63,930 nt of DNA, filler included, from Reticulomyxa filosa (GCA_000512085.1; 26 parts of 26 records of this genome joined end to end with filler, not necessarily neighbours in it), one strand, 5' to 3'; positions 1 through 12,400 are shown, counted from the first letter of the whole stretch. Notes: generated from the letters alone by a model not told the origin. A program made the numbers and translations.

Positions 1-34
1 TTTTTTTTTTTTTAAAAAAAAAAAAAAAGTTAAC

Positions 35-365
35 CTAAAACACCCCAAAATTTCCAAAAAGCGGTTTGCTCGTTGCTCATTCCCACATGTGCGCAATAGG
101 TGTCGATCATGTTTTTGGAAAGATAGGTCGCCGAATACACGCCGAAAATAATGCCAAATTCTGGCCTTCGTGCGTAACGGTGGGGCTTCGTGAGGATCTC
201 TTTGAAGCTCCCCTTCAGACTTTGCGGGATCGTCGACTTCCCGCTCATACTCACTATCACTGCCGCGTCCAACGGCGTTATGAACGGCGCCAACGCCAAA
301 CCCGCACCCACCGCAGAACACAAGTCCGCAAGCCATTTCTGGCTCAAAGGCAGATCGTGAGACAT
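35..365 (-). CDS. First exon of a membrane protein, possibly mitochondrial-carrier-like (rest of gene outside window)
   Basis: ATG at 365 with coding-like GC content. Hydrophobic Gly/Ala helix ADLCSAVGAGLALAPFITPLD ends in a P-x-D carrier-like signature, followed by a second hydrophobic segment (FGIIFGVYSATYL). GT donor (G|GTTAAC) at 34. Confidence 0.45.
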
Positions 366-1102
366 GCTCGTGTCTTCCTATGTTACTCACTGACTGACAC
401 AAACACTAAAGTTTTCACCTATATTTCTTCCCCCACCAAGTTCAATTGCACTTAAGGGCACACTCAGAGCTTTTCGCTGCTTTGTGCTTATATATATAAA
501 AAAAAAAAGGGGTCTGACGTAGAGTTGCTGAAAGTACGGTTCACGTAGAAAACTACTATTTGCAGAAGATTGTCTTTCGTCATGCTCTTTTCAAAGGATG
601 TTAATACAAAAAAAATAATTTATAATTTGTTATATTTTTAAAAAAACAAAAACGACACAAACAAAGAATAAGCTGCAAATGTACAATAATGAAAAATGAA
701 AAAGATATAAAAGTGAGCTGTTGTGTTTTTTTCTTTGTTACAGTTTGTTTGTACGCAAATTGAAGCAATATAATGTAAAACTATGTCTACCTTTTCTTTT
801 GAATTGCGTGCGATTGATATCTTTCGCTCTAATCAAACGAAATGAAGTTTCAGCTCCTCTGGCATCTCTCTATTTCAAAAACCCACCCGTTACCAAAAAT
901 GACTTGGAAATCTCCCTTTGCATTAGTTCTGTTCAATTGCATCATTATTCCAATTAAAATAATTTAAAAATAACATATTTTTTAAATAAAGAAACAAAAA
1001 ACGAGTTTATTTCAAATTTCTTTTAAAAAAATTTTTGAACTTTGTGACGTTCACTTTAAAACCCTTTTAAACTAAAGTTTTAGGGAAAAAAAAAGTAATA
1101 TT

Positions 1103-2909
1103 ATGATGTTGTCATCTGGAGCAGAGACAAGAGTAAAAAAAAAAGAAGAAGAAAGTAAAGAAAACAAAAAGGGCTCCTTTTCACTTTCTGGTTGTTACAA
1201 CAAAGCTTGGATTTCCTCTACAAATGAAGCACAAAGACTGGACAGGTTAATTTGCTATCTTTGCAATCAAATTGCAAATAATGCAATGGAATTATGTTGT
1301 GACGAACACGAGAATTCAGAGCAGACTTATTTGATAGGAGAAGAATGTTTACAAAAGTATTTAAAACAAAACAATGGAAAATGTCCAATCCAGCAACATG
1401 ATCATTGCGAATTTATGCAAAGTAAATCTGCGAGAAAATTGATATCTGAATTAATGGTGATTTGTCCTCAACAATTTAATTTAAAAAGAGAGCAATTGAA
1501 TGAAATAAGGAAATTGAGAAAAAAAAAAATAATAATGAATTTAATTCAAATTCAAATTCAAATTCAAATTCAAATTCAATTTTAAATTCAAATTCAAAAA
1601 GTAATTGCAGTTTTAAAGGAAAGATAAAAAATTTGAAAAAGCATTTGAATAAATCATGTAATTTGATTCCAACCAAACAAATTGATCGATCAGATATTCC
1701 TACTCAATTCAATGTGATGAATGAACAAATTAGAGGATTGCAAAATATGGTTAAAGATTTACAATTGCAAATGGAAAAGATGAAAGAGAATGAAAATGAA
1801 AAAAATGAACAAATTGAACAAATCAATGTGAATCATTTCATTTTTTAAATATTTATTGATTGATTGATTGAATTTTCACAAGTTTGAATATATTTAAAAA
1901 ACAAAACAAACAATAGAAACAAATGAACAATTTAAAAACTGAATCATCTAAAAAAGATGAACAAATAATTGGATTAACAAATGAAATGCAACAATTGAAA
2001 GCAGAGATAAGCCAATGTAAAGGAGGGGGGTCCAAACAAAACATTGAAACCAAATTAGAAAATCAGAATACAGAAATTCAAAGACAAACTGAAGAAAAGG
2101 AAGAAGAAACAAGAAAGGAACAGGACATTGCTAGATTTTGTTTTAACAAAAATTACAAAAATATGTTGACTTTCGTGAATAGTTCAGATTTGAAAAATGG
2201 AGTAGATTTTTTATTGCTGATTGAAAATGACAAAGAAATAGAATTGAAAAACAAAGAATGGCATAACTATAAGTTTGGGACATATTTACTTGGAGAAAAT
2301 ATTTATTTAAATCTCGATTGTGATAGAACTGTTGGTAAAGAAGAGCTTGGACATTTAAGAATTAGAACGAGTCATTTATGGATTAAATATCCTTCCTCCA
2401 AAATTGATTGCTCGAGATTGGGGTATCCTCCGGATCAAGGTCCTGGAAAAGGTGAAGTTGGAAAGCGGAAGAGTGGAGGTGGATATGCGACAAAAGGAGA
2501 AGAAGGATGTTATATACAAGGTGATGGCAAAGCTGGAGGGATATATGGAGAAGAGACTTTGCTGAAAGAAATTCACTTTGGAAGTGGTGGAGGTGGTTTT
2601 AATGGAGGAAGTGGTGGTGGAATCATTGAACTGGTCATTGAACAACAGTTAATCAATAATGGCTCTATTGAATCCAATGGAGGCGGTGGATGGGGTGGTG
2701 GCGGTGGAAGTGGAGGATCAATCTTAATTGAGTTGCAATCTCATTCAAATACATTGGAACAAAAGTTTGGAGTCATTACATGCATTGGAGGAAGACAAAA
2801 CTACTTCAATGAAGGTGGAAATGGAAGAATTGCAATTTATGGCATTGAGTTATCATCAAAAGACATGAAAAATATCACTCCAAAACCATTTAATAGGCTC
2901 CACAAATAA
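1103..2909 (+). CDS. RING-like/TRAF-type zinc finger + coiled coil + C-terminal glycine-rich domain protein (copy 1; one frameshift in a poly-A run near 1519-1529)
   Basis: Motifs CYLC..CCDEH..EECL..CPIQQHDHC..ICPQQ..CSFKGKIKNLKKHLNKSC. Intron 1828-1915 (GTGAAT..TAG). Coiled coil, then GGGYATKG..YGEETL..GSGGG..GGSGGGIIEL..GSIESNG..GGGSGGSILI..GGNGRIAIY. Colinear with the paralog at 4632-6587. Confidence 0.75.
1540..1597 (+). repeat. (AATTCA)n hexanucleotide repeat encoding an NSNSNS tract
   Basis: Tandem aattca units seen directly; the paralog has a shorter NSNS at the same position. Confidence 0.85.
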
Positions 2910-3269
2910 TCTTACATTTCATCTCTTTATTTTCAAATTTTTCAACTGAAATAAAATTTCTTCTTTTGAAAGTTTACAAATGTAAATGCAATATTCTCAA
3001 TGCATATATAATCTTACATAAATACTCACGAGTGAAACAACATAATTTGTGTGTGCACTGTTTTAGTTTCATTTCTTCTTAATCACAAATGTAACAGTGG
3101 TCTTGAGGTGAATTTCAAAATAATCAAATTTTTAATTATGAAAAAAATTGCTTTATTTCATTGCAATTATTTTAGTAAAGAAAGCGTGCTAAAAAAAAGA
3201 CAAAAATTCGATATTGTTGAAATTGGTTTTTTGAACTTCATTTCGGTTTATTTTTGCATTCTTGTTTTG

Positions 3270-3530
3270 ATTGTTTCTTTTTAAATCATATTGTCGAGGA
3301 TATATTATTAATAAATCTAAAATTTGTTGTCTTGCAATTTTACCTTTTGAAAATTTACAATGATCGTGATTTTCAACCGGACATTGACTGCTACGTTCAT
3401 TGAGATATCGTCTCAAACATTGTTCACCAACAAGTGGTTTGAATAACAGACATTCAAAAGCTTCGTTTTAGTTGAAGAAGTTACCCAAGCAAGTTGAAAG
3501 CTTTTTCTTGTTAATGTAATAGTAACATGC
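3270..3530 (-). pseudogene. Degenerate third copy of the same zinc-finger N-terminal module
   Basis: Reads ..LVGEQCLRRYLNERSSQCPVENHDHCKFSKGKIARQQILDLLIIYPRQYDLK, matching LIGEECLQKYLKQNNGKCPIQQHDHC..LMVICPQQFNLK. The CxxC/CCxxH part is deleted and there is no downstream continuation. Confidence 0.7.
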
Positions 3531-3732
3531 TGTTCATCTTTTTGTTTGCTTTATCTTTTTTTTTAAGTTTGTGCAAAAGAAAGCAGTACGTTTGTGCACA
3601 AACAAAGTCAAGTGATTAATTTGTTTGTTTTGAAAGAAAATTATGAGCAATCTTATTTTTATTTTTTTTGAGACAAGACATTTATTCTTAGAAAAGATAT
3701 CGACTAACTTTTCCATTAGGTGTTTTTTTGTT

Positions 3733-4200
3733 TTTGGAGTAGTTTTTTTTAAGAAAAATCAGAGTAGAAAACGAGTTTTTTTTAAAAAAAATCCTTGCTA
3801 AATTTATTAAATCTTACTTTATCTCATTCTATGGAAATGATCTATTTCAACAAAAATGGATCATCATTTGTTTTTTTGGAAAATCAGAGTGTTTTTTTGT
3901 CGTCAGTTTTTCCAAGCAAAAATATTTGTACTTATTCTTTTTTTAAAAAGATTATCCAATGGAGATTTCAAAACAATAAATTTATTTTCAATATTTCTTT
4001 AATATTTGATATTTCAGACTAGTTCAACATCTTACATTAAAGCTTTTCATCAAGTTTTTTTTTGTTTGTTTTTGGAGTAGATTTTTTTTTGGAAAAAAAA
4101 TTAGAGTAAAAAACGAGGTTTTTTTCAATAGTCACAAAAAAAATCTTGACCGTCCTTATTTTCTCTAATTTGTGTAAGATATTTGATTGATGTTTTATCT
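3733..4200. repeat. Interspersed repeat with TTGGAGTAG(A)TTTT...AGAGTA(G/A)AAAACGAG motif (two copies here)
   Basis: Copies at about 3733-3780 and 4071-4120. The second continues aatttgtgtaagatatttgattgatgttttatct, matching 41858-41890 on another contig. Confidence 0.6.
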
Positions 4201-4631
4201 ATTATATTCAAATAAAAAGAAAAGTCGTTGTTATTGAGATATGATTATTTTCATTGGACGAATGATATACTCTTTGTCATTTTTCATTTTTTAATAATAA
4301 AAAATATTCAATTGTTTTAACGTCATATTTGAAATAATTTGCTGAAGTTACAAAAGTATGTTGTATGAATTCAGTGATTGAAAAAACAGAAAATTATTCA
4401 TCTTGAAATATATTTACTTATACGAGTGAAAAGGAGAAAAAAAAACTTTTATAGCTTTTCAAAGAATATGTAATATGCCAATTATGAAGAAATTAATTTT
4501 TATAATATATTTTCTTTAAACAACATATGACAAATAACAAATTATTGTTGTTTTCAGTAATAATTCATGATCCAAATATGAAGTGAAATTTATTAAAGAA
4601 TTTTTAAAAGATGATATAATGAAATTATTTG

Positions 4632-6587
4632 TTACAAAATACTATTAAATGGTTTTGGATTGATTTTTTTGATATCATCTGGTTGTAATTTTTGTCCATA
4701 AATTGCAATTCTTCCTTTTCCACCTTCATTTGTTTTACATTGATTTCCTCCAATGCATCGAATAGTTCCAAAATCTTGAGGAAAAAAAGAACATTGTTGC
4801 AATTTAATTAATATTGATCCTCCACTTCCACCTCCACCAATGATGCCTCCATCTTCTCCATTGGATTGAATCGAGCCACAATTAAGCAATTGATGCTCAA
4901 TTATTAATTCAATTATTCCACCACCACTTCCTCCGTATTCACCTCCACTTCCACCTCCACTTCCAAAATAAATTTCTTTTTGTAAAGTCTCTTCTCCGTA
5001 TGTTTCCCCACCTTTTCTATTATTCAGTAATGCCATAAATCCTCCTCCTTTTGTTCCATATCCACCACCATTACATGATTCACCTTTTCCAGGACCTTGA
5101 TCCGAAGAATATCCCAATCTTGAGCAATCAATAGTAGAGGAGGGATGTTTAATCCATAAATGACTCGTTTTGAGTTTTAGATATCCAAGTTCTTTTTTAT
5201 CACAATGTACAGTTAATGTAATATTTTTTCCAACTAAATATACTCCAAAATTGTAATTACACCATTCATTATTTTGAAATTTAATTTTTTTATTATTTTC
5301 AGTCACCATAAAAAGTCCACTCTATTTTTTAGAGTTGAGTAAGAAATAATTGAAGTCATTTCATTACAACCATGGAATTTAAGAATGGTGCTATCTTGTT
5401 CTTTTTTTTTTTGTTCATTGTCACTATCTTCTACCCTTCATCTTCATCTTCCTCTTCCTCTTCATCTTCATCATCTCCAATTTGTGTGTTAATATGAAGT
5501 AAGCTGTTTTGAATATTTGTATTTCGATTGTCCAACTTGGTATATTTTTTGGATTGATCAAATTCATTTGGTATTATTTCAATATCATGTTGAGTAATAT
5601 CCATTTTTAATTGTTGGATATTATTTACGAATGAAATTATTGTTTGAATTTTTTCCAGTAATTTATCTTTTAAATTGTCAATTTTTCATTTTGTTGTTGT
5701 TTTAAATCATTCATTTCTGTTTTTAATTGTTGGATATCATTAGTTAATCCAATTATTTGCTGGTCTTTTTTCAATACCTTTGCTTTTAAATTGTTCATTT
5801 GTTTCTGTTATTATTATTAATATTATTATTATCTTTTTTTTAAACATATTTTGAATTTGTAAAAAATTAAATAAAAAATCATTTGAAAAATAAAACTATT
5901 TACATTAAGTTCTTCAATTTGTTTATTTTCATTCTCTTTCATCTTTTTAATTTGCTTTTTATTTTCTATAATTTGTAATTTCGAATCTTGTATTTGTGAT
6001 TGTAAATCTTTGATCATATTTTGTAATGTTTCAATGGATTCACTCATTACAATTTTGGATGAAATAACTTGTTTGATTGGAATCAAATTACATGATTTAT
6101 CCAAATGATCTTTCAGATCTTTTATTTTCCCTTTGAAGTCGCAATTACTTTTTGAAATTGAATTTGAATTTAATTCATTATCTTCTTCTCTTGATTTTGT
6201 TTCTTCATTCGATTGTCCTTTTTTCAAATCAAATTGTCGAGGACAAATTACCAATAATTCAGATACAAGTTTTCTCACAATTCTATTTTGAGAAAATTCG
6301 CAATAATCATGTTGTTCAATTGGACATTTTTCATTGTTAAGCTTTAAATATTTTTGTAAACATTCTTCTCCTACTAAATAAACTTGATCTACATTCTCAT
6401 GTTCATCACAACATAATTCCATTCCATTATTTGCAATTTGATTGCAAAGATAGCAAGTTAAAGTCTCTACTTTTTCTGATTCATTTGTCAACGATACCCA
6501 CTCTTTGGGGAAGCAACCAGAAAGGGAAATTGTTTCTTTTTGGTTTTCCAACTTTTTTTCTTCATTTTCGACATTTGAGAACATCAT
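4632..6587 (-). CDS. RING-like/TRAF-type zinc finger + coiled coil + acidic tract + glycine-rich domain protein (copy 2; three apparent frameshifts, so pseudogene or sequencing error)
   Basis: Exon 1 is 6587-5904 (CYLC..CCDEH..CPIEQHDYC..CPRQ..CDFKGKIKDLKDHLDKSC). Intron 5903-5805 is at the same position as in copy 1. Exon 2 needs frame changes near 5683, 5435 and 5312, all in short homopolymers. The Gly-rich domain at 5140-4632 is clearly homologous to copy 1. Confidence 0.72.
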
Positions 6588-6615
6588 CTCTTTTTTTAAG
6601 GAAAAAAAGTTTGTG

Positions 6616-6715
6616 NNNNNNNNNNNNNNNNNNNNNNNNNNNNNNNNNNNNNNNNNNNNTTAATTAATTAANNNNNNNNNNNNNNNNNNNNNNNNNNNNN
6701 NNNNNNNNNNNNNNN
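6616..6715. other. Artificial contig-joining linker N44-TTAATTAATTAA-N44 (first of 25)
   Basis: Identical 100-nt spacer with stops in all six frames. Further copies start at 10775, 12444, 13813, 15048, 16470, 17847, 18947, 20158, 21681, 25943, 28234, 29951, 31087, 32969, 35503, 36603, 38251, 40955, 42549, 49157, 50746, 52967, 54724 and 62591. Confidence 0.99.
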
Positions 6716-7879
6716 CAAAATAACCCCGGAAATGAAAATTAAAAAAAATGCATTGGGAACCAGTTCACCCTTCATTGATCCCCCAAACGATTTGGAAAGA
6801 AATTGACGACTCGACAGTGAAATACAACACGAAGCACTTTGAGCTGAATTTCCAAGTGAGAGAACGCAAGCCCATGTCGAACAGCAAGGAAGGAGGGATG
6901 AGCAAAAGCGATAAGAACGTCTCTGAACGCAAGGAATTCGTACCGACCAAACGATCCCAACAAGTGCAAATTGGCTTCAAAGGACTGGGTATCGCCAAAA
7001 TGGATGATCTGCGCAAAGTGTTATTACACATGGATGAAAAAGCTTTGTTTTGTTGTATTGTATATGTGTGAAAATTTTGTAGCATACATATAAATTATTT
7101 ATATATGTAATTCTTGTAACTAAACTTATTTTTTAATGCATTTGAATTATTTCAATTGACAAATCTCTATTATTATATATATGTATATGGGTGTATACGT
7201 ACAATACATATACATATGCATATATGTATGTATGTATGTATGTATGTGTTGTCATTGTAACATTAATACAAATCTCAGGAAATGGACCAAGAGAAATTGA
7301 TGAAACTAATGGACATAATTCCTTCCCAAGAAGAACAAACTGAGGCGGAGAAACAGATAAGTGCCGGCGGAGGCGACTCACAATCGTTTGGGGTTGCGGA
7401 ACAATTTTTCTTTGCCTTGTCCGATTTCTATGACTTAGAAAAGAGACTCAAACTGTGGCTGTTTAAAATGCAATTCCAAGAAATCACATCCACATTAATG
7501 ACCCAATTCAAAGCGATCACTAAAACGTGCGACAAATTGAAAAACAGTAAGCGTTTGCGCACGTTGTTTGCCGTGTTGTTGGCCTTTGGCAATCACATGA
7601 ACGGAGGGACCAAAAAAGGGCAAGCTTATGGTTTTGATTTGAAAATATTGAAACAAGTTTTTTTTTTTTTATCAAAACACAAAAAAGGGGAAAATGGTTT
7701 AAAATATTTAAACAAAAAAAAAAAAATCATGAATCAGCTGGAAGATATCAAAACATTCGATAATTCGAAAAACTTTGTCATGTATGTTTATGAGTTTTGT
7801 GACCGAAATTATCCCGATGTTTTGAAAATGAGAGAGGAATTATCTGACTTGTTGAAACGAGCTTCTGCCAGTTTTGTTG

Positions 7880-7911
<32 letters not shown>

Positions 7912-9020
7912 TGTTTGGACCGCACTTTGACATCTTGACATCTTGACATATCAATGAAACAAACCAAAATAAGTGGCAAAGAGCGACCTAAAAACCCTTG
8001 TCCTTTTTGTGTGAATGTGCTATTGACACAGTTGAAAGCGATATGTTGCAAATGGCGTATGAGCGGGTGGCGGAAAGTATGAAGGAAATCCAGGAAATAA
8101 CGGAAGGGGAAGAAAAGGAAATGTACGACTCGGACGATCGATTCATATCTACAATGTCCGCATTTTTCAAAGCGGGCAAGAGTTCCATGAACAATTTGAC
8201 AATGAATATCAGCAGCTTGGATACTCGTCGCAAGAGAACCATGCAACAATTCGCATTCGGAGACGACAACAAGCCCGAAAAGATTGAGCATTTGTTTAGA
8301 ATCCTTTGGGAATTTATGGAAAGCATTGAAGTTTTTTAATTACATATATACATATATACATACACATATACATATATGCATATATACATATATGCATATA
8401 TACATATATACATATATGCATATATATATATACATATATATATTACATGATATCAACAAAAAATAGAGAGGCAAAGAGAGATTGATAAACCTCGAAAAAG
8501 AACGACAAGAAAAAAAAACAAAGAAAAGAAAAAGAAAAGGAAAAGCAAAAAGCGGCAGGTGGATCGGGCCCAGGGAATAAAAAATCAAAAGACCCTCAAG
8601 AGCACAAAACGGCGTTTGAGGTGGCCGTGGAGGCGAAGCTGGCGTTTGAGGAATCGTTGAAAGAGGCAAAGGGCAAGTTGACAACCCACATGCACGAGAG
8701 GTCGATATTCGTGCAGAGTGGAGGCCAGTTGGACGACCGCAGAAGCAGTGACGCGACGTTGCGACGCATTTCTTCCATGTACCAAGACAACTTGGAAGAG
8801 GCGCGCAAAATCGACGAGGCGCGACAAAAAGCGGCCATGGCGCAATTCAATAAGTTGGTGTTGAAGCCTTTGCCCGCCGGGTATCAACTGGGCAAAGCGA
8901 GATTCAACGAGCCCAAGAACATCCAGCCTAAAACAATTAACCTCAAAAACGACGAGCCTTTACCAGACGACGTGCCGTTTTCTGTGCCTCCGTCGGCTCG
9001 GCCTGGATTTAGCAACAATA

Positions 9021-9066
<46 letters not shown>

Positions 9067-9789
9067 TACAAATAACAACAATAGCACGGCCAGTTCAAGT
9101 GTCGAGCATAAAACAAAATATGATACTACACCGGTTGAGAAAAATGCTCCCTCGGGCACGCCTTCGCCTTCGCATTCTCGCTCGCCTTCCAATGATGATC
9201 GATTCGCTCATCCTTCTGCGAGAAACAGCTCTGGCCATCACCCACCTCTCAGTCCTCGTCTGAGTGGCAAAGAGAAAAGAAAAGATAAAGACAAAGACAA
9301 AGACAAAGATCGGGAAGCGGAAAAAGAAGACGAAAGCAAAAAAATGAAACGAACTCCGAAACAAGGTCCCTTGCCCGAAAAGGAAAGACCCTTACCTCCA
9401 TTGCATAGCTCGGGAAGTAGCAACTCGTTGCTGGAAAACCAAGACAAAAAACCCCTGCCCAACAAAGACCAAAACGATTTTCTCAATCGCCACGTCAAGG
9501 CCATAACACCGATGCTCATTCGACTGGCATCACTCCGCCACAGTATTCGCTCCCTCAAACGGCTCCACTTCACACTCAGTCTCAACAACACATCGTCTCT
9601 GCTCATTCATCCACGTTGCCTTCTTCTTCTTCTTCCAGTTCACAGATCCAATTGCACTCCGCCAATATCAATGCCAATTCCAATGCCAATGCCAATGCCA
9701 ATGCCAACAATAACGCTAATAACTCGAAAATATCCAACACAAATACCAACGGTGGAACAACCGGTAATAGGTTCAGTCGAAAACAATGA
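6716..9789 (+). CDS. Formin (FH2 domain) with long low-complexity C-terminal tail; 5' partial
   Basis: FH2 motifs [64 protein letters not shown]. Introns 7042-7278, 7657-7737, 7871-8031 and 8331-8466. Apparent homopolymer frameshifts near 8515 and 9473. Inferred stop at 9787-9789. Confidence 0.92.
9013..9083 (+). repeat. (AAT/AAC)n poly-Asn tract in the formin tail
   Basis: Seen directly. Confidence 0.9.
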
Positions 9790-10345
9790 TCTCGACTTTC
9801 TCTGTTTTTCTCTTTTTGGTGTCTATATGGCAAACATATTTTGTTTTTTTTAACATTTGAATTCATTGTAAAGTGTTATATTTTTTTCTTGCAATAAAAA
9901 GATTTTTTTTCTCTATCTTTGACAAATACTCTCCAGTGCCACTTATCACCCACTCTCTCTCTGCAACCGAGATATTTCATAAGTTTCAAAATATGTTTTT
10001 AAAATTCAACAATGTAAAATCTTACACTGAGATCCCCAGAAACTTGAACTCTCCCATTTGATATAATCTTCCCACATCAGAAATTCACCCGAGATTTCCC
10101 ATTTTGCTAGAAAACCAATTTTTTTTTTTTTTTAGTCTCCCTCGGCTTTTTTTACTCTATAAATAAGCAATCGAAGTGTAATGGGTTATAATTATTTGCG
10201 CACCGGAGCAGAAAGACCAGTGATGGCCGTATTATTTAGTAAAATACTGTCCCTCTGTTTTTTCAAAAAAAAAAAGGTGAAGACTGTCTGTACGTGAAAA
10301 AAAACAAAATAAAATAATAAAAAAAAAAATCTTTGTTGTCGTGGA

Positions 10346-10699
10346 ATGGAAGCGGGTGCGGTGATATGTGTTGGAATATGCATGTATTGGCTGTATTTAT
10401 TTTCTCAAGCACAACGGCGACCAAAATTCGAGATGGCAATAAAAGCGCGACGTCCGTTGTACATAATATACTCTTACATTTTTTTAGGATTTCCATTGAT
10501 GTTGCAAGAGGCAATATCTGGCTTTTGTTTGTACTATTACCAAGTGGATAAAAAAGAACACTTATCACAGAACGAAGCAATTTACTTTTCGCCAATGATC
10601 GATTTGGTCATCCACTTTATTTTTTGGACACTGTTTTGGGGATTCCTTCAATTGAAGTCTTTCAAGTACTTTGAACTACTTTGTCTTTTAAATATTTAG
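10346..10699 (+). CDS. Possible multi-pass membrane protein exon, unknown family
   Basis: 117-aa ORF with about three hydrophobic segments; no recognisable motif. Confidence 0.3.
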   Translation: MEAGAVICVGICMYWLYLFSQAQRRPKFEMAIKARRPLYIIYSYIFLGFPLMLQEAISGFCLYYYQVDKKEHLSQNEAIYFSPMIDLVIHFIFWTLFWGFLQLKSFKYFELLCLLNI

Positions 10700-10929
10700 A
10701 TTCGAAAGAGTAAGGGGGAGGAAGAGGGGGGAAAAAAAAAAACCAAAAAAACATGCACATACGTATACACAAATNNNNNNNNNNNNNNNNNNNNNNNNNN
10801 NNNNNNNNNNNNNNNNNNTTAATTAATTAANNNNNNNNNNNNNNNNNNNNNNNNNNNNNNNNNNNNNNNNNNNNATATAATATATATATATATATATATA
10901 TGTATACGTATTGCTTTTTTTTTTTTTAG

Positions 10930-11224
10930 AAATCCAAACTATTGCATCGTTGTGTGGACAACACTGGCACCATTTTTTCCAGAGCTGATGAGATGCCAAA
11001 TGAAACGTCTCCCCTCTCACACCGCCACGGCGTGCAATGGACTTTTTGCGGACATGCCCTTCATTTTGATTGCTTTACAACGTACGCAGCTCAATATCGT
11101 CAAGACGCTCAGTCCACTACTTTTTTCAACAGAAACAATTTACGTCCATCTCATCACGAATTTTTTTGCCCTATTGCAAAGTTTTGCATACATTTACATG
11201 CTGCAAACAACAATGTATGACGTA

Positions 11225-11255
<31 letters not shown>

Positions 11256-12400
11256 TATGTATATGTATATGTAAATGATCTTCGGATGGCTCGTCAAGTC
11301 CATATCGAATATTCTCATTCCAGCCCAGCTTGTTCATCGCAACTCGCAATTGATGGAAAAGTCGCTGCAAGAAACAATTGTGCCAACGATAGACCGTTTT
11401 GCAAACTTGCCAGATTTTACTGTCTCTCAAATCCAATCAGAGTCTGAGTCGCACTTGAATCAAGATCGTTCCCCAACTAGTTACAATCCTAATTTGTGTT
11501 TGTCTGCTCTAAACTAATTATAAATCGATCATTGCAAAAAAAAAAAATAACTATATTAGAAGTACAAATAGAACAAGACCAATCATTGGTGATTGATCAA
11601 CCTTCAGTGACAAGTCAACCTCCAATGGCAGACCAACCTTCAATGGCAGACCAACCTTCAATGACAGATCAACCCCCAATGGCAGATCAACCCCCAATGG
11701 CAGACCAATCTCCAGAAACAGATCAATCTTCAGTGAGCAATCAATCTCTAGTGAGCGATCAATCCCTAGTGATCGATCAATCGCCGATAACAAATCTATC
11801 GAATGAAGAAAAAGACGAAGGGAAAACATCATTAACAACCACTTCCAGTGAACAGTTAAGAAACACACTTTTGGCTCGAGTCAACGACGTCCTGTATTAT
11901 CTGAACGAAGACAAAGAAGACGTGGCCGACTTTGGGTGGCAACAACAATACGACACTCCCAAAGATCTGCGAGATGACTTGCTCCCTTCCATGCTCTGTG
12001 AAATTTTGGCTTACAACATTAGCACTTTGGAAACTCGCTTTCGATTGTACGCTCATCACGACATTCATAGCAAATTCCCTGTCCAAATGCAGCTTTACAA
12101 TGCTGCCATTTCGAATTTATGGGCTTTGTTGGCTTCTTCTTCTCCTTCGTTTCAAAAGAGTGTCAACCCAAGTCGCAACTTATTTTCTCCAAAAGGTATC
12201 CAATGGCTTCATCAAAGTTGCTGGGGACGTTTGTCAAGACTCTTCGGTCCTCTTGCATCTCCTGCTACAGCTACTACGACTAATGCCGAAATTGAGACTA
12301 AACATGATGACACACTTGCAAAAGAGCAAGATCAAATACAAAATCAATTGTGTTCGGAAAATAATACTATTTCAACTCAGGTACAAGTTTATAGCACATT
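10930..12400 (+). CDS. UBR1/2/3-family (N-degron pathway) E3 ligase, RING-H2 and downstream region; internal fragment
   Basis: GVQWTFCGHALHFDCFTTY...HHEFFCPI(C)K|SISNILIP matches the UBR RING-H2 second half (CGHxxHxxC..FxCPxCKxxxN). A one-base indel is needed at about 11170-11176. Introns 11181-11298 and about 11480-11559. Later LAYNISTLETRFR is typical of the UBR post-RING helices. Confidence 0.8.
11577..11792 (+). repeat. 18-bp coding minisatellite, 12 x DQ(P/S)xxx hexapeptide, inside the UBR gene
   Basis: DQSLVI DQPSVT SQPPMA DQPSMA DQPSMT DQPPMA DQPPMA DQSPET DQSSVS NQSLVS DQSLVI DQSPIT. Confidence 0.9.

Noticed and set aside
1519-9480. Programmed ribosomal frameshifting at A-runs in the ZnF and formin genes
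   Set aside because: The shift sites differ between paralogs and all fall in homopolymers; sequencing error or decay is more parsimonious.
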